Assembly: GCA_040954595.2 (NCBI GenBank)
Contig: CM082585.2
Span: forward strand, 200,814-264,813
Direction: 5' to 3'
Source: Balanoglossus misakiensis
Lineage: Eukaryota > Animalia > Hemichordata
DNA: 64,000 nt
Shown here: piece after piece, positions 36,901 to 50,070 of the stretch
How the letters are laid out: each line of letters opens with the position of its first letter
Position numbering within the stretch: the stretch's first letter is position 1
Translations under genes and position numbers: made by a program
Notes under the pieces: model-generated
Told to the model about the DNA's origin: nothing
The model's database searches: none
The model's input: only the letters and a program-made list of their open reading frames with translations

Positions 36901-38365
36901 CCTATACATGGCGAATATGTTTTTTTCTGAAAGAGTGACATCAAAGCTACCAATTTATGTAGAAATCAGCTACAGCGGATTTCCCCTTTAATATGAAAAC
37001 CTTGAAACTAATCTGCAGTATTAAAATGCTGCACCATGATGTGTTTTATCATTAATAATTCTACTATGCTTGTGTTAATTAAGTGAACAGTGTTTCACAA
37101 TCGTAAACAAACAACCTGTGTGAAACCAAGTGTTCAAATTGATAATGATGGGGGGAGGGGGGTGTCAGCCATAATAAATTTTTGTTTCAGGTACTGTAGC
37201 TTGATATGAAAACCTTGAACTAATCTGCAGTATTAAAATGCTGCACCATAATGTGTTTTATCATTAATAATTTGACTATGCTTGTGTTCTTAAGTGAACA
37301 GTGTTTCACAATCGTAAACAAACAACCTGTGTGAACCAATGTGTTCATCCTGATCGGGGGTGGGGGGGGGGGTGTCAGGGGAGGGGGGTGTCAGTGATTA
37401 CAAATTTTTGTTTCAGGTACTGTAGCTTGATTTGAAAACTTTGAACTAACCTGCAGTATTAATAAAATGCTGCACCATGATGTGTTTTATAATCATTAAT
37501 AATTTTACTATGCTTGTGTTATTAAGTAAACAGTGTTTTGCAATCGTAAACAAACAACCTGTGTGAACCAATGTGTTCATCCTGATCGGGGGTGGGGGGG
37601 GGGGGTGGGTGTCAGGGGAGGGGGGTGTCAGTGATTACAAATTTTTGTTTCAGGTACTGTAGCTTGATTTGAAAACTTTGAACTAATCTACAGTATTAAA
37701 TTGCTGCACCATGATGTGTTTTATCATTAATAATTCTACTATGCTTGTGTTAATTAAGTGAACAGTGTTTCACGATCGTAAACAAGCAACCAACGTGAAA
37801 CCAATGTGTTCTAATTGGTAATGATCGGGTGTGGGGGTTGTCAGGGGTGGAGGGTGTCAGTGATTACAATTTTTTGTTTCAGGTACTGTAGCTTGATATG
37901 AAAACCTTGAACTAATCTACAGTATTAAATTGCTGCACCATGATGTGTTTTATCATTAATAATTTTACTATGCTTGTGTTAATTAAGTGAACAGTGTTTC
38001 ACAATCGTAAACAAACAACCTGTGTGAATCCATGGTGTTCTAATTGGTAATGATCGGGGGTGGGGGTTGTCAGGGGTGGAGGGTGTCAGTGATTACTATT
38101 TTTTGTTTCAGGTACTGTAGCTTGATATGAAAACCTTCAACTAATCTGCAGTATTAAAATGCTGCACCATAATGTGTTTTATCGTTAATAAGTTGACTAT
38201 GCTTGTGTTCTTAAGTGAACAGTGTTTCACAATCGTAAACAAATAACCTGTGTGAACCAAGGTGTTCATAATGATGGGGGTGGGGGTGTCAGCGATTCAT
38301 AATGATGGGGGTGTCAGTGATTACAAATTTTTGTTTCAGGTACTGTAGCTTGATATGAAAACTTC
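33905..38365. repeat. Satellite array, ~170-235-bp monomers, many with a G-run cluster
   Basis: CAGGTACTGTAGCTTGATATGAAAAC recurs throughout (34013, 34218, 34428, 34646, 34874, ...). Confidence 0.95.
36379..36987. mobile_element. Young Kolobok-type fold-back MITE inserted into the satellite
   Basis: TTAA TSD (36375-36378, 36988-36991) and AG...CT termini. Near-perfect ~215-bp TIRs AGGGGAAATCCG.TGTAGCTGATTTCTAC.... It splits the monomer motif TAGCTT(G/A)ATATGAAAAC. Confidence 0.9.
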
Positions 38366-38939
38366 CAGACAGTGTTTGCATTGAACCGGTAATTGTGATC
38401 ACAATTGATTTGTCGCAAATGCATGATTTCTTTCCAGATTAAATAATATGATTTAACATTGCATTGTATAACATTTATGTTCCAGATCTGTATTTAATTG
38501 TGTTTTAATACCATCCAGTCAGTTTCACCAACAGCTCTTTGTCTAAATTCCCCCTTTTCATCAGTGAAGTTAGCACTCGTTTGAAAATTGGAAAATAATT
38601 TACATAACATGGCTGTTTTGGAAATTGCAATAATTTAGTAAATGAACATTCAGAATTACTGGTGTATAATGTCAGCTATGCGTATAAAAAATTGCCATTT
38701 GAAATTTTAATATTATAATATTCTTAGACTTAAAAATTTACAAACTGATAATAATAAACCTATAATATTTTAGAGTATAATACAATCACCTCAGCTAGAT
38801 TAATAAACTAGTGACTTTGTAGAATGCTGTTGGTTGACAGTTTCTGATTTTCATGGGTCATTCAACATTTTGATTTTATTCCTGTTAATGTTGGTGATGG
38901 TGTTGGCAGTTTTGATGTTAATTATTATTGCTAGTTGTT

Positions 38940-39063
38940 ATGGTGATGGCATTGATGGTTGTACTGATGTTGATGACGGTTGTGATGGTGATGATGATGG
39001 TGATGATGATGGCAATGATGGTGATGATGATGATGATTATGATGATGATGATGATAATGATAA
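38940..39063. repeat. (GAT)n microsatellite
   Basis: Direct inspection. Confidence 0.9.
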
Positions 39064-39664
39064 ATAAGAAATGTGTTGTTTTCTCATTAACCCTCAGCTG
39101 TGGAGCTTAAATATTCTGCTGAATTTGTATTGATTAGTAGGCTTAGCTTTAAGTGATAATTTAGTACTTATGTCTGATGATTTTAGGGAATAACTTTTGA
39201 AAACTCCATTAATAATTTTGCAGTTTTTATCACTGTGTATTTTTCTTAAACCCACAACTGGGCATAAATTGTAATGGCAATTTTCCAGTAAGGAGCTAAA
39301 CCCAGTGAATGGTATAGTTTAGCAATTACAATGTACATAATATAGACAGGTGATAATTACAGGAATAATTTTAAATTTGTTGAAATTTTATTCCCCCATA
39401 ATTATTAGTTGACTGAGTACCGGTCCATGTTTCTCCCATAGAAATAGAAATATTTTCACATTTTGTAAGTCTATTGGATAAATAAATAAGTTTATCAGAT
39501 CCTAGAGTTTTACAATGGTTAATGTACATCAGATAGCTAACTACCCACCAGATTAAAAGGGAAAATACAATGTAAGTGTACCATAGGTAACATTAAACTC
39601 AACCAGTCTATGATAATAAATTAATATTTACTATTTATTATTTGTTGCAGGTGTTGGGGATTGT

Positions 39665-41208
39665 TAGCAGCCAAGTTGGAGTTCATAGCAGTTAGTTATA
39701 ATTGTCTATTTACACATTTTTTCTCATTAGTTTCAGATTTCCATGATGCCCAATATCCTCCTGTCCAGATGCCAAGTTGGTAACCAGGTAACATGATTCC
39801 TATGGTGTGAGTATGCAAATTAATGGCTCATGGCTTGCAGTCATGTGACATCTCCGTGTCTCTTGTGATTTCCTGGACACTTTGCCCTAGTCACCTTGAA
39901 ACCAGAAACAACTGAGCACCCAACGAGAAATAATTATGAATTGGAGAAAAGTTGAAGTTCATAGCAGTCAGTTTAAATTGTCTATTTACACATTTTTTTC
40001 TCATTAGTTTCAGATTTCCATGATGCCCAATATCCTCCTGTCCAGATGCCAAGTTGGTAACCAGGTAACATGATTCCTGTGGTGTGAGTATGCAAAATAA
40101 TGGCTCATGGCTTGCAGTCATGTGACATCTCCGTGTCTCATGTGATTTCCTGGACACTTTGCCCTAGTCGCCTTGAAACCAGAAACAACTGAGCAACCAA
40201 CGAGAAATAATTATGAATTGGAGCCAAGTTGAAGTTCATAGCAGTCAGTTTTAATTGTCTATTTACACAATTTTTCTCATTAGTTTCAGATTTCCATGAT
40301 GCCCAATATCCTCCTGTCCAGATGCCAAGTTGGTAACCAGGTAACATGATTCCTATGGTGTGAGTATATGCAAATTAATGGTACATGGCTTGCAGTCATG
40401 TGACATCTTTGTGTCTCTTGTGATTTCCTTGACACTTTGCCCTAGTCGCCTTGAAACCAGAAACGACTGAGCACCCAACGAGAAATAATTATAGATTGGA
40501 GCCAAGTTGAAGTTCATAGCAGTCAGTTATAATTGTCTATTTACACAAATTTTCTCATTAGTTTCAGATTACCATGATGCCCAATATCCTCCTGTCCAGA
40601 TGCCAAGTTGGTAACCAGGTAACATGATTCCTATGGTGTGAGTATGCAAATAAATGGCTCATGGCTTGCAGTCATGTGACATCTCCGTGTCTCATGTGTT
40701 TTCCTGGACACTTTGCACTAGTCGCCTTTGAACCAGAAACAACTGAGCACCCAACGAGAAATAATTATGGATTGGAGCCAAGTTGAAGTTCATAGCAGTC
40801 AGTTATAATTGTCTATTTACACAATTTTTTCTCATTAGTTTCAGATTTCCATGATGCCTAATATACTCCTGTCCAGATGCCAAGTTGGTAACCAGGTAAC
40901 ATGATTCCTATGGTGTGAGTATGCAAAATAATGGCTCATGGCTTGCAGTCATGTGACATCTCCGTGTCTCTTGTGTTTTCCTGGACACTTTGCACTAGTC
41001 GCCTTTGAACCAGAAACAACTGAGCACCCAACGAGAAATAATTATGGATTGGAGCCAAGTTGAAGTTCATAGCAGTCAGCTATAATTGTCTATTTACACA
41101 ATTTTTTCTCATTAGTTTCAGATTTCCATAATGCCCAATATCCTCCTGTCCAGATGCCAAGTTGGTAACCAGGTAACATTATTCCTGTGGTGTGAGTATG
41201 CAAATTAA
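39665..41208. repeat. ~277-bp tandem repeat, ~5.5 copies
   Basis: GCCAAGTTGAAGTTCATAGCAGTCAG at ~39670, 39946, 40222, 40501, 40777 and 41054. Confidence 0.95.
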
Positions 41209-41239
41209 ATTTGAGTAACCAGCCATTGAAGTACATTAC

Positions 41240-42250
41240 ATTCATGAAGACAGGAGATCATCTCTGTCCATAGATATATTTTACCATTATGTTGTTTGAC
41301 ACAGAAATACTTATTGGCATATTTTCCATTTTTTGCAGAAAGGGGTATCTAGCTGTTGATCAAAATCTGCCAAACTAGATGTATATTCAAGCCTGTAAAG
41401 CAGTACAGTAGTTTGCAAGGGTAACATAAGATAATTATTGTTCTTCTAAGATTTCCTTTACCCCATAGATGATAGCATAGAATTGAATTGCTCATTTTGG
41501 AGGGCAGTGTGTGACTTATTGTATTGTCCATCCAGGAGATTATCCTTACACTTTACTGCCTTATTTTTTGACACTAAAATACTTTGTCATATTTTCCATT
41601 TTTGTAGATAATAGTTTCTCTCTGGTGATCAACATTGATCTGTTGAACTGGATGTGTGTACATGCCTGTATTGCAGCCAATTGGTGTCTGAGGGTAACAT
41701 ATAAGATAATTATTTTTCTCCTAAAGATTTCCTAGGCCCCATAGATGAATGTATATAATTTAATTGCTCATTTTGGAGGTCAGTGTGTGACTTATTGTAT
41801 TGTCCATCCAGGAGATCATCTGTCCACACATTTTACTGTCATGTTTTTTACACTAAAATACTTTGTCATATTTTCCATTTTTGCAGATAATGGTTTCTCT
41901 CTGGTGATCAACATTGATCTGTCTAACTGGATGTGTGTACATGCCTGTATTGCAGCCAAGTGGTGTCTGAGGGTAACATAAGATAATTCTTATTCTCTTA
42001 AAGATTTCCTAGACGCCATGGATGACAGCATAGAATTTAATTTCTCATTTGGAGGCCCCTGTACAACGTATTGTATTGTTCATGAAGACAGGAGATCATC
42101 TCTGTCCATAGATACATTTTGCCGTGCTGTTTGACACAGAAATACTTATTGGCATATTTTTCATTTTTGCAGATAACAGTCACTGGTCCCTGTGATGAGT
42201 AACGTCTATCAACATAGATCTGTGCATGCTTGTACCGGTATAGCCGCCAA
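41240..42250. repeat. Diverged ~280-bp tandem repeat, ~3.5 copies
   Basis: CAGGAGAT(C/T)ATC at ~41251, 41533, 41809 and 42089, with shared downstream sequence. Confidence 0.8.
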
Positions 42251-42559
42251 GCACTTCAAAGGTAACATAGCATTAACCTTACGGGCCACTGATAATAAAA
42301 GTCGATGCATTCCTTCATTTTACTTGATAGCAAGCCCCCCCCCCTACTTGATAGCAAAACCCCCCACCCCACCCCCTTAAATGCTCCTATACACATCCAT
42401 ATTATATAAAAACACTGGAAGTGCACATGGTCGGTATATACTGTGTGCTTCAGTCGGGATAAATATTCATCCAGCAATGCATGATGAACTGGGTCTGATT
42501 TTATAGCATTTATGCCCAGAGCTGGTCTTTCCACTTATTCATAATCACTGTACAGAGAG

Positions 42560-42745
42560 AGGAGTCAACGGCATACTCGGAATACTGTAACTGATGTCCA
42601 ATTCATCCTATTGCTTTCTCTTCCAATATGCATTCAACCAGTTCATTGCCTGATGAAAAACATCAGATTCTTTAACTTGTAGTTTCGCGGACTTCAATTC
42701 ACTCTTTTGACGCGGGCTTATCTTCATTTGGTAGAGTTTTAAGGG
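42560..42745 (-). pseudogene. Possible BACK-domain (BTB-Kelch family) gene fragment
   Basis: Translates ..ISPRQKSELKSAKLQVKESDVFHQAMNWLNAYWKRKQ*DELDISYSIPSMPL, resembling the BACK pattern L.S..L.V.E..VF.A...W. It contains a stop. Confidence 0.35.
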
Positions 42746-43657
42746 AGTGTCACGCCAGACAAAAATACAAAAGTGGGGCCCAAGTGTGTTCTACCACCAT
42801 ATTACATAGTGATCAAGAAGTGACCTGATCAGATGTTGTCACATCCTGGGCCCCTTTTTTACCCATGTTCAGTGTTTGACAGGAGCATATTTTCGTTTCT
42901 GTGTGAATGTTGAATGTCTCTTATTTGCTGTAATCAATCAATCAATACAAGGTGAGTGTTATGTCGTCTTTCTGTGCATAGGCAAGAAGAGGATACATGT
43001 ATGAATGCAGAAGCCCCAGTGAATCGGATGCAGAGAAGTTTCCTTCCAAGGACAGGATGACTTTATTTTACTGACTTTGATTCCATCGTCATTCCAAGAA
43101 TAGAACTTCTCCCACAGGACGAAATTGAACATTGATCAATCCCTTCCTCATTTATATGATCTGTATTACAAATGTATTATTCTGATAGCATTTTTTGTCA
43201 TTGTGTCAGAGAGAGAGAGAGAGGGTTTAAGTAGGTTAAAACTAAATTGTACACTTCAGTTTGCCAACACTGCTAAATTATCACCATGATTTATTCAGCA
43301 TAACCTGAAGGTTGTTGAATCCTATAGGCACAATAAGCATTGCATGTAGCAAGCACTTAGTGTAAATTTACGTTAATTGCACAGGGTACAGCATCCTTCA
43401 GGTGTTTACTGTTTAGCTTTGTAGCATAATTGCACCCACATATAAAGAAAAAGTCAAGTTAAGATATTAAAGCCGAATGGTAAACAGAATACAAAGGGTT
43501 TACAGCATTAGTCCTGTATTGATACAGAAAGCAAATATGACAATGAACAGTTGACCAACATTGAACATTGTTTGACTGGCTCTCTCTCTCTCTCTATAAA
43601 CTTGGACAGTCATTTTTCCAGAATGCACTGGATATAGGCATGATTGTAGTATTGAAC

Positions 43658-43819
43658 ATTCATTCATCCATCCATCCATTCATTCATACATACATACATA
43701 CATACATACATACATACATACATACATACATACATACATACATACATTTATTCATTCACTCGTTCATTCATTCATTTATTTATATATTTATTTGTGTCGT
43801 TGTATGTTTGCATGTACCC

Positions 43820-43851
<32 letters not shown>

Positions 43852-43980
43852 ATGTATGTATTGTATATATATATATATGTATGTATGTATGTCTGTCTGT
43901 CTGTCTTGTATGTATGTCTGTCTGTCTGTATGTATGTATGTCTGTCTGTCTGTATGTATGTATGTATGTATGCATGTATG
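43658..43980. repeat. Compound microsatellite: (CATT/CATA)n followed by inverted (TATG/TCTG)n
   Basis: Direct inspection. Confidence 0.95.
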
Positions 43981-44009
43981 AATATTTTCAAAATTGTTGG
44001 ATGTCTCGG

Positions 44010-45120
44010 AGTACTCTCTGTGTTGTGTTTTCAAATTCCTATTCGAATTGTCGACATTTTTGGGTGTCTGTGACTACTCTTTCATCACATTCTGGCCTCT
44101 GTGTTTGCCGTGGTTGTGTTTTCGAATTCATATTCGAATTGTCAACATTTTTGGGTTTCTGTGACTACTCTCTCGTCACATTCTGGCCTCTGTGTTTGCC
44201 GTGGTTGTTTTTTCGAATTCTTATTCGAATTGTTGACATTTTTGGGTGTCTGTGACTACTCTTTTGTCACATTCTGGCCTCTGTGTTTGCCGTGGTTGTG
44301 TTTTCGAATTTTTATTCGAATTGTCAACATTTTTGGGTGTCTGTGACCACTCTCTCGTCACATTCTGGCCTCTGTGTTGGCCGTGGTTGTGTTTTCGAAT
44401 TCTTATTCGAATTGTCAACATTTTTGGGTGTCTGTGACTACTCTCTCGTCACATTTTGGCCTCTGTATTTGCCGTGGTTGTGTTTTCGAATTCATATTCG
44501 AATTGTCAACATTTTTGGGTGTCTGTGACTACATCTCGTCACATTTTGGCCTCTGTGTTAGCCGTGGTTGTGTTTTCGAATTCTTATTCGAATTGTCAAC
44601 ATTTTTGGGTGTCTGTGACTACATCTCATCACATTTTGGCCTCTGTGTTTGCCGTGGTTGTGTTTTCGAATTCATATTCGAATTGTCAACATTTTTGGGT
44701 GTCTGTGACTACTCTCTCGTCACATTCTGGCCTCTGTGTTTGCCGTGGTTGTGTTTTCGAATTCTTAATCGAATTGTCCACATTTTTGGGTGTCTGTGAC
44801 TACTCTCTCGTCACATTCTGGACTCTGTGTTTGCCGTGGTTGTGTTTTCGAATTCATATTCGAATTGTTGACATTTTTGGGTGTCTGTGACTACTCTCTC
44901 GTCACATTCTGGCCTCTGTGTTTGCCGTGGTTGTGTTTTCGAATTCTTATTCGAATTGTCCACATTTTTGGGTGTCTGTGACTACTCTCTCGTCACATTC
45001 TGGACTCTGTGTTTGCCGTGGTTGTGTTTTCGAATTCATATTCGAATTGTCGACATTTTTGGGTGTCTGAGACTACTCTCTCGTCACATTCTGGCCTCTG
45101 TGTTTGCCGTGGTTGTGTTC
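44010..45120. repeat. 91-bp tandem repeat, ~12 copies
   Basis: TTTTCGAATTC(A/T)TATTCGAATTGTC.ACATTTTTGGGTGTCTGTGACTACTCTCTCGTCACATTCTGGCCTCTGTGTTTGCCGTGGTTGTG with period 89-91. Confidence 0.95.
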
Positions 45121-45769
45121 TTTCCGCACCTAGGATGTTTTTGGTCATCTGATGAAGCTGGTTCTCTACAAGATCCCAAGAATCCCAAGATTGCAGTCCG
45201 TCTTCAAGCAATTTATGTTTTTGCGCGCGCGCGCGCGCGCGCGTCTGTCGCTTGCTCCGTTGTACTTTCCCATATTATAAATAAAGAATACGGTATGTAT
45301 GTGTGTGCATTTTTAAATTTTTAGGATTTTATTATCTGTCTGTGTTCTTTTTCCTATTTTTTTAGGGTATGTCTTTAATGAATTTTTCCAATGGCTATAA
45401 CAGATGAGAAGGTTTCAATTGCAATATGTTTTTATAATACCATAGTTTAGCATGACTAACTTAATTTCATGATGAGAAAAATATTTCAATAAATACTTCA
45501 AGTCCACTAAAACTTGCAATAGATCCTTCAAGTCCAGTGTAGTTTCCTGGGATCATTTCATTAGTTGGTTTTTTTTTTTGCGTAGTATTCAACAGTTTGA
45601 TATGTTGGTATATCTATTTTATGGTCACGTCTTGCCCACTGAGTCTGTCGATAATCAATAGATTTTCCCCACATTGCTAGCGAGTCCCACACAACGACGG
45701 CCCTAATCAACAGACTCAGTGCACAAGTAGGTTCTTTAATATTACCTTAATGATTTTGCCTTTACTTGA

Positions 45770-47400
45770 CATAATTACGTATTTTTATATCACACTTTTA
45801 ATGCATTTGCATCGTTGCATGTATATGCATTGTGTGATTACTAGGTTTATAGTGCTTTGATTTTTGATGATTTTTTTTCTTTTTAAATACATAAATAATG
45901 TGTTTGCAGTAGCCATATAGGCATAATTGTTTTTTTTTTGGCAAGGGGGGGGGAATATATTGGTGAATTTGCTCTTAAATTGAATAGCATTGAGCCTATG
46001 CAACATGGCTTACAGGCAACACATTATTTAAACTTTGTGGACAATAAAAAAACTTCACATTGTGGAGTTTTCTTTATTTTATACACAGTTTTGAGTTATT
46101 TAAACGCACGTCTTTAGCCTTTTTCCTCAATGTTCGAGGGTCTTTAATGAACTTTTTTCCAATGGCTGTATCAGACGAGGTAATTTGCTTGGCTTGACAT
46201 TGTCAAGTATTTATGCATCATCTGAGTGTTTGCAGTCCTTTGATTTTATTGATGAAAATATCCTTTATAAGAACATAAATAATGTGTTTGCAGAAGCCAT
46301 GTATTCATAATTGTTTTGTTTTGATTGTATTTTTTTGGGGGGGGGGGGGCAGTAAATTCGCTAAAAAATTGAATGGCATGGAGATCATGCATCGTGGCTT
46401 ACAGGCAACACATTATTTACAATGATATACTTCTGTTTAAGAAGTTTTATACACATTCAGTTTTCAGTTATTTTACATTTTAACATTCCTCTTTTTCCTC
46501 AATTTGAGAGGGTCTTTCACATTTTCAAGTGACTTTATCAGATAAGATTTTAATTTGCTAAATAATGTGTTTGCAGAAGCCATTTTGTTTGTATTTCGGG
46601 GGGAGGGTAGTAAATCAGTAAATTTGCTCATAAATTGAATGGCATGGAGATCATGCATCATGGCTTACAGGCAACACATTATTTACAATGATATACTTCT
46701 TTTCAAGAAGTTTTCTCTATTTTATACACATTTAGTTTTCAGTTATTTTACATTTGAAAATTCTTTTTTTTCCCTTTAATTTAAGAGGGTCTTTCACATT
46801 TTCAAGTGACTTTATCAGATAAGATTTTAATTTGCTAAATAATGTGTTTGCAGAAGCCATTTTGTTTGTATTTCGGGGGGAGGGTAGTAAATCAGTAAAT
46901 TTGCTCATAAATTGAATGGCATGGAGATCATGCATCATGGCTTACAGGCAACACATTATTTACAATGATATACTTCTTTTCAAGAAGTTTTCTCTATTTT
47001 ATACACATTCAGTTTTCAGTTATTTTACATTTTAACATTCCTCTTTTTCCTCAATTTAAGAGGGTCTTTCAACTTTTCAAGTGACTTTATCAGATAAGAT
47101 TTTAATTTGCTAAATAATGTGTTTGCAGAAGCCATATATTCATAATTGTTTTGTTTTGTTTGTATTTCGGGGGGAGGGTAGTAAATCAGTAAATTCGCTA
47201 ATAAATTGAATGGCATGGAGATCATGCATCATGGCTTACAGGCAACACATTATTTACACTTTTTTGACAGTAAAATACTTTCAATTTGCTTTTGAAGATT
47301 TCAACATTCATCTACATTCCCCCCCCCCCCCCCCCCCCCCCCAATTTGGGGGGATCATCAATGAAGTCTTCGCAGTGGCTGTAACTGATGAGGTTTCCTG
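45770..47400. repeat. ~276-bp tandem repeat with diverged flanking copies
   Basis: AATAATGTGTTTGCAGAAGCCAT and GGCTTACAGGCAACACATTATTTA each recur 5 times. Confidence 0.9.
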
Positions 47401-48599
47401 CGTATATCTCTTCAAGTCTAGCACAGTTTCATTTTATCACAGGAGCCATCCCAAGGAGAAAGGGGTCTTTATAAGGGTGGGGGATATTTATGACTATATG
47501 ACCCGTTTCTGTTTGGGATCGCCCCCAGTACATTAGTCACTTTAGACTCAACTGCTGTGTGCAGTGTTCAATAGTATGACTTTATTCTTTTTGTATTTTA
47601 ATATGAAATTTAATATTTTACGTTCACGTGACATTGTTTGAGATTCATTCTTATAGACATTAAGGTCCACTATGTGTTACATTTGACAAATTTTTCAGTA
47701 CGTAATTTTGGTCTATGTATGCACCACGATTTCTGGTATGCATAATCAGCATTGTTATTGTTAACAATTGTATTCAAGTCAATTGAATGCATTTGTCAAT
47801 ATTAACAATTCTGTACCAAAAATTACAGGTAGTTGCCCTTTAATTGTAAATGCTACATTTAGAACAGTGTAACACCAAACCTATTATGATTTATTGAGAA
47901 CACTTTATTCATTCAGAGATGAAATATTAATTTTTGTCAGTTTTAGTTTAGACCTACAATACCAAATTTTGCTTGGTATTGTAAAACTTCCAACATTTTC
48001 TTTCTGTGAGGCAGAAAGAGGCATGAATTTAGAAATAGAATATTTTGTAAAGTTGGTGAATTACCTACGCTTTCCCAGAGTTTTTTCCCCTTATCCTGAA
48101 AAAAGGGTTTTATCTCTGGGTTTTGGTGCGGGGTAAATTTTCAGTTTATATATCATTCAAGTTTAGAATAAAGTACATGAGCCGCTCCTCATGTAAAATT
48201 GACATGTATTGTGTGTGTGTATGCTTTTGGATGTGGTAGCCTGCGGGCCAGGTGGCATGGCCATGGAGACTACACGTGGAGTGGGTTGGGTCTTTGTATG
48301 TATGTGTTGAGAGTTAGGGGATTGTGTGTGTCAGTCAACAGTACGTGTAGAGAAGGTATACGGTCACCTATGGAAATTTAGCTACAGTTACCACGTTAAC
48401 TTGAGATCTAGCCAATCACGGATTTTCAGTGGGTGGCTACGGCGCGCCAAGTGTTTCAAAATTATTTATCATTATTTTATAGAAAATTGATGTCTTTTAA
48501 CAAAAAAAATACGTAAAAAAATACAAAAAACTGATTGGTGGTTTAAAAAATAACGAGGGTAAAAAGTAATCCATCGTGGAGTAAAAAAAAAAAAAAAAA

Positions 48600-49760
48600 A
48601 AAAAAATAACACACACAGAAGAAAATCTCACCTGTTGTCAAAAAAAAAAACCACCAAGCTTACCAAAAAAAAAACGTCCACAAGGCAGTTGCAAAAAAAA
48701 AAATCACTTATTTGTCACAAAAAAAACACGCGCACATTTTTCACGAAAAACGCACACTTCACCCCCACAAAAAATACACACAAAGTATTAAAAAGAACAC
48801 TCTTTGTAAAAAAAAAAAAGAGAGAGAGAGAGACTACAACTTGAAAAAAATGCACACCCCCAGAACAAACAACACAGGCAAACATAGAAAAAACACGAAC
48901 ATGTTAGCCATAAAAAACGGAGATATTTGTCACCGAAAAAAACCCGCACTCTTGTCACCCCAAAACTAACGGGCCACTTAAAAAAACGCAGATGCACTGA
49001 GGTTGCAAAAATAATCACATTTTAATCCACCGAAAAAAAAACACAGGCAATTTGAAAAAAAAAAACGCACAGCATTTGCAAAAAAAAATAATAGGAACAT
49101 TTGTCACCCAAAAAAACAGGCAATTAAAAAAAAACGCAGAGCAATTTGCAAAAAAAAAAAAAAATAGAACCAGGCAATTTAAAAAAAAAACGCAGAGCAA
49201 TTTGCAAAAAAAAAATAATAGGAACATTTGTCACCCAAAAAAACAGGCAATTTAAAAAAAAAAACGCAGAGCAATTTGCAAAAAAAAAATAATAGGAACA
49301 TTTGTCACCCAAAAAAACAGGCAATTTAAAAAAAAACGCAGAGCAATTTGCAAAAAAAAAAAAAAAAAAAATAGAACCAGGCAATTTAAAAAAAAAACGC
49401 AGAGCAATTTGCAAAAAAAAAATAATAGGAACATTTGTCACCCAAAAAAACAGGCAATTTAAAAAAAAAAACGCAGAGCAATTTGCAAAAAAAAAAAATA
49501 GAACCAGGCAATTAAAAAAAAACGCAGAGCAATTTGCAAAAAAAAAATATAGGAACATTTGTCACCCCCAAAAAAACAGGCAATTTGAAAAAAAAAAAAA
49601 CATAGGAACACTTGTCACCCCCAAAAAACGGGCAATTTGAAAAAAAAACACGATATAAAATTTGAAAAAAAAAATTATATAGGCACATTTGTCACCCAAA
49701 ATATTCCATCAGATCCAAGTTGTAAAAAATGGTATATTTGTCATCCAAAAAATAAAACAA
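48600..49760. repeat. A-rich modular tandem repeats, putative subterminal repeats of the IS3EU-like element
   Basis: Modules ACGCAGAGCAATTTGC(A)n, ATAGGAACATTTGTCACCC(A)n and CAGGCAATTT(A)n iterated, located between the putative terminus (48438) and the transposase promoter. Confidence 0.85.
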
Positions 49761-49848
49761 GCGTGTTTAAAAAAACGAACATTCAGTTGTAAAAATAAAT
49801 AATAGTCTTTAACAACTTGAAAAAACCCCGGACGCATTTGAAAGAATA

Positions 49849-50070
49849 GCGTATGCGCATGCGCCGAAAACAAAATTGAGTGAGAAATCCTGGGGAATAA
49901 ATGCGCATGCGCAAAAAAAAAGTGAACAATCCTGGCTGAAAAAAAAAAGTGAGAGATTTCGGTAGAGGAGTCTGGGTAATATTTGAAAAAAAAACGGAGT
50001 CTGAAAATAAGTTGAGAAAAGAAAGGGGAAACACACAAACCGATAAGGGTCGAAGAGAAGCAAACATGGC
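49849..50070 (+). promoter_or_regulatory. Putative transposase promoter: two NRF1-type motifs and a YY1-like motif at the ATG
   Basis: TGCGCATGCGC at ~49854, TGCGCATGCGCA at ~49902, and AACATGGCG overlapping the ATG at 50066. Confidence 0.5.

Noticed and set aside
43568-44073. His/Thr/Tyr/Ile and Cys/Met/Tyr/Val ORFs
   Set aside because: Tetranucleotide microsatellite translations.
44010-45120. CRISPR-like regular repeats
   Set aside because: Units are fully repeated with no unique spacers, there are no cas genes, and the context is eukaryotic.
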